DNA of 50,356 bases from Candidatus Omnitrophota bacterium. Its GTDB lineage: Bacteria; Omnitrophota; Gorgyraeia; Gygaellales; Profunditerraquicolaceae. The notes beneath the pieces were generated by a model. It did no database searches. It worked only from the letters and a program-made list of their open reading frames with translations, and was not told the origin of the DNA. The stretch lies in contig JAGVER010000014.1 in assembly GCA_020058085.1 (NCBI GenBank), forward strand, positions 99,747-150,102, in the 5' to 3' direction. Below, piece after piece: positions 18,513-26,485 of the stretch. The translations under genes were made by a program, and so were the position numbers. Within the stretch, counting starts at the first letter, position 1, and the number at the start of each line of letters is the position of its first letter.

Positions 18513-19244
18513 ATGTCGAAAGATAAGAAAATAGCTTTGGTTGTAGGAGGGAGCCGTGGGATTGGCAGGGCAATAGCTTTAAGCCTTGCTCGTTCAGGCT
18601 TTGATATCTGGCTAACTTATCAGAGCAATCATCAAGCCGCTGAGAATACAAAAAAAGAAATAGAGAAAAACGGCGCAGCCTGCCGTTTATTTGCTTTTGA
18701 TATCTCCGACTGTAAGGCTACCGAAGAGGCCTTGGGGAAAATAAGCGACGCAACTCCGCCGCACGTAGTTGTATATAATGCCGGTATCGCCAGGGATAAT
18801 TTGATGGTTTGGATGACTAAAGATGAGTGGGATAAGGTTATTGATACTAATTTAAATGGATTTTATAATATAATGCATGTTCTGCTTTTTGCGATACTAC
18901 GCGAAAAACGCGGCAGGATTGTGATTATTTCATCTACTTCAGGAGAGACCGGACAAGCAGGACAGGTTAATTATTCTGCTTCAAAGGCCGGGCTTATCGG
19001 CGCAGCTAAGGCGCTAGCTCGGGAAGTGGGTAAGAAAAATATATTAGTGAATGTAGTTGCTCCTGGGGTTATTGATACTGAGATGACCGCAGAATTACCA
19101 AAAGAAAAAATCCTTCCCCTTATCCCCTTAAATCGGTTCGGTCAACCGGAAGATGTGGCTTCTGTAGTAAATTTCTTGTGCACTCAGGAGAATATGTATA
19201 TTCACGGACAGGTAATCGGAGTTAATGGCGGCCTAAATATCTAG
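18513..19244 (+). CDS. fabG: 3-oxoacyl-ACP reductase (SDR)
   Basis: GGSRGIGRAIA cofactor motif, NAG, and the YSASKAG catalytic YxxxK. 243 aa. Confidence 0.88.
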   Translation: MSKDKKIALVVGGSRGIGRAIALSLARSGFDIWLTYQSNHQAAENTKKEIEKNGAACRLFAFDISDCKATEEALGKISDATPPHVVVYNAGIARDNLMVWMTKDEWDKVIDTNLNGFYNIMHVLLFAILREKRGRIVIISSTSGETGQAGQVNYSASKAGLIGAAKALAREVGKKNILVNVVAPGVIDTEMTAELPKEKILPLIPLNRFGQPEDVASVVNFLCTQENMYIHGQVIGVNGGLNI

Positions 19245-19256
19245 ATAACAAAATCC

Positions 19257-20759
19257 TTGATTAAAGAGTACGATCATATAGTTGTGGGTGGTGGAGTCAG
19301 CGGTTTAACCTTAGCATTACTCCTTGCGTTAAACGGACGAAAAATTCTCCTTCTTGAGAAAGGCAGGCATATTGGTGGGAGCCTTACTCGTTTTTATAAA
19401 GAAGGCGTGCCTTTCGATACGGGTTTTCACTTTACCGGTGGTTTCTCTCCTGGTGGAATTCTGGTAGATATGCTTCATGTCTTGGGGGTTGCCGACCGCA
19501 TCAAACCTATTTTTCTTTCTGGGCCGGGGTCAGGTGTTTTTGTCTTTGATCAGGACCAAGCAGTCTACGATATGCCCTCTGGAACGGAAAACTTCCGCAC
19601 CACTTTGCATAAATATTTCCCGGATGAATCAGTTGCGATCGATGAATATTTCACCCGGGTTAAAAAAGTATGGCAGGCAACGGTATCGCTTGAACTGCGT
19701 AACATTGCGCTTTCTGCTAAACCAATTGAGGAAGACTTCATTAGTCTTGAACAAGTTCTTGATTCTTTAACTACTAATTACAAGCTTAAAGGGCTTTTGT
19801 CTATTTTTTGCTTATGCTATGGGACTAATCCTAAGGAAGTATCGTTTGCAAACCATGCTCGCGTAGCCGGCGGGTTGTATGATTCAGTAGCGCGCATTGA
19901 GCACGGAGGCGAAGCGCTTATCCGGGCATTTCGCGACTGCTTTGTAAAAGTCAACATCGAGGTCCTCTGTAATACTACTATTGCCGAATGTTCTGATGTA
20001 AAAGATGATCGTGTGGGTAACTTTGTTCTGGATAACGGGGATAAAGTTTCGGCTAATGACTGTACCTTTACCATTCATCCCCAGGAAATTTTAAAAATAC
20101 TGCCCCGTCAACACTTGAAGAAGGCTTTTGTGGAGAGGGTTTCATCTTTTGAAACATCTAACGGGTTCTTCTCTGTATTTGGCGTAGTTGAAAATGCCGA
20201 TCCCTTAACCTTTGGGCCGAGCATCACATCACTTCTTCCTTCTTACGATTTAAATGTTCTTCTAGATCCTCTTTACGATGGCCCCGGTGCCCTAGCCGTT
20301 ATTCGTAGTGTTGAAAGAAACGGCGATAAAACGCATTGTGTGATTAATGCCTTTGAGCCGGAATTTTATGCGCGGGTTAAGCAATGGGCAGATTCTTCCG
20401 TGGGGAATAGGCCTCTTGCTTATTCTGAGTATAAGGCGCGTAAAGTTAAGGAAATCAAGGAGCGAATTTGTAATTTATATCCGCAGTGTCGTCAGGATTT
20501 AAAAATTCTTGATGCGGCCTCGGTATTAACCTTTCGGGATTATCTTTTTTCTCCCGAGGGGAATGCTTATGGAATAAAACAAAAAATCGGGCAATTTAAT
20601 CTTTTTGGTAGACAGTCGCTTTCGAATATTTATGTTGCCGGCCAGAGTGCGATTTTACCGGGGTTGGTAGGAGCAATGCTTTCCTCTTTTATTATTGCCA
20701 GGAGTCTTGTTGGAAAAGAAAAATATACTAGTTTTATAGAGCAAAGATTATGCAATTAA
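19257..20759 (+). CDS. FAD/NAD(P)-dependent oxidoreductase, phytoene-desaturase (CrtI)-like family
   Basis: N-terminal HIVVGGGVSGLTLALLLA..LLLEKGRHIGG dinucleotide-binding motif. About 500 aa. TTG start assumed. Confidence 0.7.
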   Translation: MIKEYDHIVVGGGVSGLTLALLLALNGRKILLLEKGRHIGGSLTRFYKEGVPFDTGFHFTGGFSPGGILVDMLHVLGVADRIKPIFLSGPGSGVFVFDQDQAVYDMPSGTENFRTTLHKYFPDESVAIDEYFTRVKKVWQATVSLELRNIALSAKPIEEDFISLEQVLDSLTTNYKLKGLLSIFCLCYGTNPKEVSFANHARVAGGLYDSVARIEHGGEALIRAFRDCFVKVNIEVLCNTTIAECSDVKDDRVGNFVLDNGDKVSANDCTFTIHPQEILKILPRQHLKKAFVERVSSFETSNGFFSVFGVVENADPLTFGPSITSLLPSYDLNVLLDPLYDGPGALAVIRSVERNGDKTHCVINAFEPEFYARVKQWADSSVGNRPLAYSEYKARKVKEIKERICNLYPQCRQDLKILDAASVLTFRDYLFSPEGNAYGIKQKIGQFNLFGRQSLSNIYVAGQSAILPGLVGAMLSSFIIARSLVGKEKYTSFIEQRLCN

Positions 20760-21982
20760 GAAGAGTTGTTATAACCGGACTAGGGGCAATTACTCCCTTG
20801 GGTAATGATGTCGCTACGTTAATTTCTGGGATCGAATCCGGGAAGAGCGCGGTTGAGCATATTCCGGAGTGGGAGAATTATATTGGGATGCGCTGTACGG
20901 TAGCAGCACCAGCCCATATTGAGAATGAAAAATTAATTCCTCGTCAAAATCGTCGTTCTATGGGGCGTTTAAGTATTTTTGCTGTGCAGGCAGCTGAACA
21001 AGCAATCAAGGATGCCGGAATTAAAAGTGGATCATTAACCGGTGGGAAGCTAGGTTGTGTTATGGGTTCGACTATGGGAAGCGCTGAGAGTATTGCCGAG
21101 GCTTTCGAAATCATGGGCACGGGAAAAGATTTGAGTAAGTTATCCGCAACTAAATTTTTTCAGTGTGTATCGCATACTGCGGCAATGAATGTTGCCCAGT
21201 ATCTAGGTATAACCGGGTATGTTTTAGCGACATCTGCTGCCTGTGCCTCAGCATTACAGGCAATAGGTACAGGTTTTGATTTAATTCGTCTGGGTAAGCA
21301 GGATATAATGCTATGCGGAGGGGCAGAGGGTTTGCATCCGACAGTAGTAGGTTCTTTTGATGTACTTTATGCCACATCATCAAATTATAATAAAGAGCCT
21401 AAAAAGACGCCACGGCCTTTTGATTCTAAGCGTGATGGATTAGTCTGCGGCGAGGGGAGCGGAGTATTGGTTCTAGAGGATTATGAAATGGCACGTAATC
21501 GTGGGGCCAAGATTTACGCTGAAATTATTGGGTATAACAGTTGCGGTAATGGCAGCCATGTAAGTGAATCAAATCATGAAGCCATAGTTTTCTGTATTCA
21601 AGAGGCGCTAAAGAGCGCGGGCATTACATTCAAAGATATAGATTATATAAATGCTCATGCTACCGCTACTATTCAAGGGGATAAAGAAGAGGCCAATGCT
21701 ATTCGTCATATTTTTGGCGATAGTGTTCCGGTAAGCAGCCTAAAGGGTTATATTGGGCATACCTTAGGTGCATCCGGGGCGATAGAGTTGATTGCCTCTT
21801 TAATAATGATGCAGAAAGGTAAAATTTACCCGACTCTGAATTTAGAAGATCCGGATAAAGAGTGTTCCGGGATACAGCACGTGATGAAGCCCGTAAATAA
21901 AAAAATAAATATACTTTTAAAAAACTGTTTTGCTTTTGGCGGAATTAACGCGGTGTTAATTTGTAAAAGCACCCGGCCTTAA
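20750..21982 (+). CDS. fabF: beta-ketoacyl-ACP synthase II-type ketosynthase
   Basis: Catalytic Cys (ATSAACASALQAIG) and His-His (NAHATAT, GHTLGASG). 410 aa. Confidence 0.88.
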   Translation: MQLRRVVITGLGAITPLGNDVATLISGIESGKSAVEHIPEWENYIGMRCTVAAPAHIENEKLIPRQNRRSMGRLSIFAVQAAEQAIKDAGIKSGSLTGGKLGCVMGSTMGSAESIAEAFEIMGTGKDLSKLSATKFFQCVSHTAAMNVAQYLGITGYVLATSAACASALQAIGTGFDLIRLGKQDIMLCGGAEGLHPTVVGSFDVLYATSSNYNKEPKKTPRPFDSKRDGLVCGEGSGVLVLEDYEMARNRGAKIYAEIIGYNSCGNGSHVSESNHEAIVFCIQEALKSAGITFKDIDYINAHATATIQGDKEEANAIRHIFGDSVPVSSLKGYIGHTLGASGAIELIASLIMMQKGKIYPTLNLEDPDKECSGIQHVMKPVNKKINILLKNCFAFGGINAVLICKSTRP

Positions 21983-22011
21983 AGGATGGGCCGGTGTGCA
22001 CTTACTGTGCA
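21970..22011 (+). promoter_or_regulatory. conserved two-hairpin intergenic RNA motif, copy 2
   Basis: CACC[C]GGCC - TTAAAGGATG - GGCCGGTG, then TGCAC-TTACT-GTGCA. The KS stop codon TAA is the TAA of the loop. Confidence 0.6.
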
Positions 22012-22012
22012 A

Positions 22013-22062
22013 CACCCGGCGCTAAAGGAATTGCGCCGGTGTGTCCATTCTGGGCAAGGAGG
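22013..22062 (+). promoter_or_regulatory. conserved two-hairpin intergenic RNA motif, copy 3 (tandem to copy 2)
   Basis: CACC[C]GGCGC - TAAAGGAATT - GCGCCGGTG, then TGTCCA-TTC-TGGGCA, then AGGAGG 6 nt before the ACP ATG at 22069. Confidence 0.6.
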
Positions 22063-22068
22063 ATATGA

Positions 22069-22326
22069 ATGACTGAACAGGATGCTATAAGAATGACTAA
22101 TGAAGTATTTATTGATTCTTTTGAAATTCCAAAGGATAAGTTAGCCCCGCAGGCAAATATTTTTAATGACTTAGGGCTGGATAGCCTTGATATCGTAGAT
22201 TTAGTGGTGGCTTTACAGAAGAAATTCGGGATTATGATCAGAAGTGATGAACGCGTACGCAACATTCGCACTTTAGGTGATATTTATCAATTTATTTTAG
22301 TGATAAAAAAAGAGCTCGAGAAATAA
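22069..22326 (+). CDS. acyl carrier protein (ACP-1)
   Basis: 85 aa with the LGLDSLDIVDLV phosphopantetheine-attachment motif. Confidence 0.9.
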   Translation: MTEQDAIRMTNEVFIDSFEIPKDKLAPQANIFNDLGLDSLDIVDLVVALQKKFGIMIRSDERVRNIRTLGDIYQFILVIKKELEK

Positions 22327-23081
22327 TGCGGATTTTAAGAATCGTATATTTAAATATAAGTTTCTACGTTCTTACCACAACATTTTTATTAACTTGCTTG
22401 CCAGCTTTGGGTAGTTTGATGATCATCTTCGCCCTTATCTTGCCTAAACGAATGATGATGAGGCGTTTGCGCCGGGCAATTAGCTGGTTTGGCGCAGTGG
22501 TGATAAGAATTTTCCCTTGGCCGCTGGTGCGTTTAAGTTATAAAGACTTTTCCGGAAACGATACTCGCGGGCCGTATTTATTCGTTTGTAATCATCGTTC
22601 AGCTTCGGATCCTTTTTTAATGAGCGTGTTGCCTTATGAAGGTATCCAGGTAGTTAATATTTGGCCTTTTCGACTTCCGATTTTAGGAGTAATCGCTAAA
22701 AGTGCCGGGTATTTAAGTGTAAGGGAACTGCCTTTTGAAGCGTTCTTGGCTAAAACATCGAAATTACTCAAAGATGGAGTTTCTATAGCTGTATTTCCAG
22801 AAGGCACGCGTTCACGTGATAAACAAGTAGGGCAATTCCATAGCGCGATATTTCGCGTAGCTTTAGAGACAAAGATGCCTATTGTGCCCTTATGCATTAC
22901 AGGAAATGAGTTTATTCCTCCAGTCGGGTCGCCTTATTTAAGGCCGGGCTTAATTAAACTACATAGGCTTGAAGCGATAACTTGGGGAGAGTACCGAGGT
23001 TTTAGTCCGTTTAAACTTAAGAATTACGTGCGGGATATCATTATTAAGGAAGCCGCGTTAATGGACAAGAAAAATGTTTAA
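22326..23081 (+). CDS. lysophospholipid / 1-acyl-glycerol-3-phosphate acyltransferase-family protein
   Basis: N-terminal TM segments, NHRSASDP (HX4D) and VFPEGTRS motifs. Confidence 0.8.
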   Translation: MRILRIVYLNISFYVLTTTFLLTCLPALGSLMIIFALILPKRMMMRRLRRAISWFGAVVIRIFPWPLVRLSYKDFSGNDTRGPYLFVCNHRSASDPFLMSVLPYEGIQVVNIWPFRLPILGVIAKSAGYLSVRELPFEAFLAKTSKLLKDGVSIAVFPEGTRSRDKQVGQFHSAIFRVALETKMPIVPLCITGNEFIPPVGSPYLRPGLIKLHRLEAITWGEYRGFSPFKLKNYVRDIIIKEAALMDKKNV

Positions 23082-24363
23082 TTTAGATGCTTACGAAGAT
23101 TTAGAATTTGCTTCAGCGAAGAAGATAAGAAGCGTCCAGGAGAAACTATTACAGCAGCATCTTAATTATTGCATAAGCAATTCTAAATATTACCGTAGGC
23201 ATTTAAAAGGAGTAGATCTTAAGAAAATAAGTATTGATAATTTAACAAAACTACCTTTTACCGATAAATCTGATATTGAAGAATATAATAATGATTTTCT
23301 GGCAGTAAGTAAGAACAAAGTCGCGGATATAGTTTTATCATCCGGAACTACCGGAAAACCGACCAAGATTGCTTATACTGATTCGGATTTAAAACGGCTG
23401 GCATATAATGAGAAACAATCTTTTTCTTCTTGCGGTCTGACTTCTAAAGACACGGTTTTATTGACCTGTACCCTTGATCGTTGTTTTGTCGCGGGATTAG
23501 CTTATTTTTTAGGTATTCGTGCCTTGGGCGCCGCAGCTATTAGGAATGGCGTAAATAGCCTGGAGAGCCATTTTGAAATAATCAAACGTATGCGTCCCAG
23601 CGCAATTGTGGGCGTGCCAAGCTTTTTAAGAAAGTTGGGTTTGTATTTAAATGGACACGAGTTTATTGCTAACAAATCCGGAGTACGTAAATTAATTTGC
23701 ATCGGAGAGCCTCTGCGGGATAAAGATTTAAGGTTTTTAAAGCTCGGTGAAGATTTGGAGAAAATCTGGGAGGCCAAGGCACATTCTACTTATTCTTCCT
23801 CTGAGATAATCTCTACTTTTTGCGAGTGCTTTGCGCAAAGAGGCGGACACTTGCATCCTGATTTAGCTATAGTTGAAATTGTTGATGGGAAAGGCAATCC
23901 TCTTAGGGCTGGTGAATCCGGAGAACTGGTAGTTACACCTTTGCAGGTTGAAGGGATGCCTTTGGTGCGTTTTAAGACAGGAGATATAAGTTTTTTAATC
24001 AATCAACCCTGTGCTTGCGGCAGAAATTCTTTAAGGCTCGGTCCAATATTAGGCAGAAAAAAACAGATGATGAAAGTCTGCGGCACTACACTTTATCCGC
24101 AGGCAATTTTTTCTTGTTTAGAAGAGATAAAGGGAATAAACGAGTACTATGTTGTAGCTACTAGTAATGACAGGCTTTCCGACAGCATTGAGGTTTATGC
24201 GGCGGTAATTGACCGCTCGTGTACTGCGCGGGTAATTGAAAGTAAGCTTAATGCGCGTTTAAGAGTAAAACCAAAAGTATTTATTACTGATGAAGAATTA
24301 GTACGAGAGCGGGTTTATAGCCCTAGATCGCGTAAACCCGTGCGTTTTTTTGACAGGAGGTAA
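23074..24363 (+). CDS. adenylate-forming enzyme, phenylacetate-CoA ligase / F390 synthetase-like (PaaK family)
   Basis: SSGTTGKPTK P-loop-like motif. 429 aa, with the domain order of COG1541-type ligases. Candidate starter-unit activator. Confidence 0.7.
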   Translation: MFNLDAYEDLEFASAKKIRSVQEKLLQQHLNYCISNSKYYRRHLKGVDLKKISIDNLTKLPFTDKSDIEEYNNDFLAVSKNKVADIVLSSGTTGKPTKIAYTDSDLKRLAYNEKQSFSSCGLTSKDTVLLTCTLDRCFVAGLAYFLGIRALGAAAIRNGVNSLESHFEIIKRMRPSAIVGVPSFLRKLGLYLNGHEFIANKSGVRKLICIGEPLRDKDLRFLKLGEDLEKIWEAKAHSTYSSSEIISTFCECFAQRGGHLHPDLAIVEIVDGKGNPLRAGESGELVVTPLQVEGMPLVRFKTGDISFLINQPCACGRNSLRLGPILGRKKQMMKVCGTTLYPQAIFSCLEEIKGINEYYVVATSNDRLSDSIEVYAAVIDRSCTARVIESKLNARLRVKPKVFITDEELVRERVYSPRSRKPVRFFDRR

Positions 24364-24368
24364 ATATT

Positions 24369-25850
24369 TTGGCTAGTTGTCAGGCGATAACGCCTAATTT
24401 TGAATTTAGTAATCAGGAGATAGAAGAAGCAGTGAGAAATAATCGTCTTCTTTCTATGGAGATAGAATTTTCTCTGCGTTGTAATTTTCACTGTCAGTAT
24501 TGTTATGTGCCACAGCAGCCCGTTTTTGATAATGAACTTAATCCTGAAGAGATACAGGGCGCGATACTGCAAGCTCGCGATTTAGGCGCAAGGAAAATTA
24601 TTGTTTTAGGCGGTGAGCCGATGGCATATCCGTATATTTTAAAGATGCTTAAGTTTATCCGAGGTGAAGGCTTAGGCATAGAGATGTTTACCAATGGTTT
24701 CCAGATTAATGCTGATATAGCAAGCCAGCTTTTTGCTTTAGGTGTAGACGTAATCTTAAAGATGAATAGCCAGAATGAGAATATTCAAGATGCGCTTGCC
24801 GGGAAGAAAGGCGCGCATAAGATTATACAGGAAGCTTTTTATAATCTAAAACAGGCAGGTTATCCCGCTAAAGATAAACGTTTGGGTGTTAGTACTATTA
24901 TTTGCAAGCAGAATTTTGATGAGTTAATCGGGATGTGGGAATGGCTGCGTAAACAAAATATTGAACCGTATTTTGAAATAATGACCCCGCAGGGAAAAGC
25001 GCGCAGCAATGAATGGCTCTATGTTGATCTGCCTGAACTTAAAGATTTATTCTTTAAAATATCCGAAATAGACCGGCAGAAGTTTGGTCTTAAATGGAAT
25101 CCTCAGCCGCCTTTAATGGGGATTAAATGTCTAAGGCATCAATTCTCCTGCCTGCTTAATTCGCAAGGTTATGTTTTGCCATGTGTTGGGGTAAATATAC
25201 CATTAGGTAATATTCGTCAGAATAGTTTAAAAAATATCCTTGCGGAAAGCGAGGTAATGGAAGATTTAAGAAACTACCGGGTTAATATTAAAGGACCTTG
25301 TCGTGAGTGTAGTAAATCTGATAATTGTTACGGCTGCAGAGGCGCTGCTTATCAGTTAACCGGAGATTATTTAGCCAGCGATCCTTTATGTTGGGAGAAT
25401 GTTGAGCACCAGAATGATATTGTGCATTTACCGATGGCCGTAGATAGGCTTATACCGCAAAAGCCGCCTATGCGTGTAATTGATAATCTAATTAAGGTCG
25501 GAGAACGGGCCGCGGAATTTAATGTAACCATATCTAATGATATGCTTTTTGTGCGTGAGGATGGCGTACTTGAAGAATCGGTTTATTTAGAGATGATCGC
25601 GCAGGCCGCCGCCGCATTAACCGGGTTCAAAAATTTAGGAGTGAATGATAAGGTAGTCGACGGGCTTTTGCTGGGTGCTAAGAAATTTGATCTTTTGGGT
25701 AAAGCGCATATAGGAGATACGTTGACTATATCGATCTCTAAATATGCGCGTTTTGGCGACTTTGCTATTATCAAAGGCAAGGTATCTCTTGGCGAAGATA
25801 TGATTGCACAAGGCGAGATTAAGATCTGGCAGAATAAAGGGGATAGCTAA
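24369..25850 (+). CDS. radical SAM / SPASM-type protein fused to a C-terminal hotdog (ApeI/FabZ-like) domain
   Basis: AGGAGG 9 nt before TTG 24369. CNFHCQYC (CxxxCxxC). Cys-rich auxiliary region FSCLLNSQGYVLPC ... CRECSKSDNCYGC. The C-terminal ~130 aa (PMRVIDNLI...YLEMIAQAAA...LLGAKKF) reads as a hotdog fold. Confidence 0.7.
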   Translation: MASCQAITPNFEFSNQEIEEAVRNNRLLSMEIEFSLRCNFHCQYCYVPQQPVFDNELNPEEIQGAILQARDLGARKIIVLGGEPMAYPYILKMLKFIRGEGLGIEMFTNGFQINADIASQLFALGVDVILKMNSQNENIQDALAGKKGAHKIIQEAFYNLKQAGYPAKDKRLGVSTIICKQNFDELIGMWEWLRKQNIEPYFEIMTPQGKARSNEWLYVDLPELKDLFFKISEIDRQKFGLKWNPQPPLMGIKCLRHQFSCLLNSQGYVLPCVGVNIPLGNIRQNSLKNILAESEVMEDLRNYRVNIKGPCRECSKSDNCYGCRGAAYQLTGDYLASDPLCWENVEHQNDIVHLPMAVDRLIPQKPPMRVIDNLIKVGERAAEFNVTISNDMLFVREDGVLEESVYLEMIAQAAAALTGFKNLGVNDKVVDGLLLGAKKFDLLGKAHIGDTLTISISKYARFGDFAIIKGKVSLGEDMIAQGEIKIWQNKGDS

Positions 25851-25851
25851 G

Positions 25852-26484
25852 ATGTTTAAGAAGTTTATCTTTATTTCTATTCTCTGTTTGGGTTTCTCCC
25901 CTTCTCTTGGTTGTTCTGATACAGAGGTAACTCCCTTGCTTAAGAGATTAGAAGAAAAGATATCCGGGGTAAAGACTTTAGAGACAGGGTTTATTCAAGA
26001 GAAGAAATTAGCTGTCTTTAATCGTGCAGTTGTTCTGGAAGGAAAAGTTTTTATTCAAGAGCCGGATTTTTTTGCTTGGCATACTGATAAACCAGTTCAT
26101 TACATAATGGTCATAAAAGGAGATATTATAAAGCAATGGGATGAGGATACTAGGCAGGTTCAGTCTTTGTCGCTCTCTAGAAATCCTGCACTCCTCGTCG
26201 CGGTGAACCAGATGAAAGTTTGGTTCTCCGGGAAATATTCCAGTCTTTTGAAGGACTATGAGGCGAAAGCTATCTCCTCTAAACCGATCATATTGGAATT
26301 TACGCCTAAGGTAAGCGCGGAAGCTTTTAATATTATAAATAAAGTCAGAATGACTTTTCAAGAGGATGAACGCTATATAGCAAGAATAGATATAGAAGAA
26401 AAGAATCAAGATTCGACCAGCCTCGTATTTATTAATACTAAAATAAATTCTTCGATAAACCACTCTGCCTGGGAATTAAGATAA
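25852..26484 (+). CDS. LolA-like outer-membrane lipoprotein carrier family protein
   Basis: MFKKFIFISILCLGFSPSLGC signal sequence. About 210 aa. Its position ahead of the MMPL exporter matches APE-type clusters. ATG 25852 is preferred over 25804. Confidence 0.65.
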   Translation: MFKKFIFISILCLGFSPSLGCSDTEVTPLLKRLEEKISGVKTLETGFIQEKKLAVFNRAVVLEGKVFIQEPDFFAWHTDKPVHYIMVIKGDIIKQWDEDTRQVQSLSLSRNPALLVAVNQMKVWFSGKYSSLLKDYEAKAISSKPIILEFTPKVSAEAFNIINKVRMTFQEDERYIARIDIEEKNQDSTSLVFINTKINSSINHSAWELR

Positions 26485-26485
26485 C

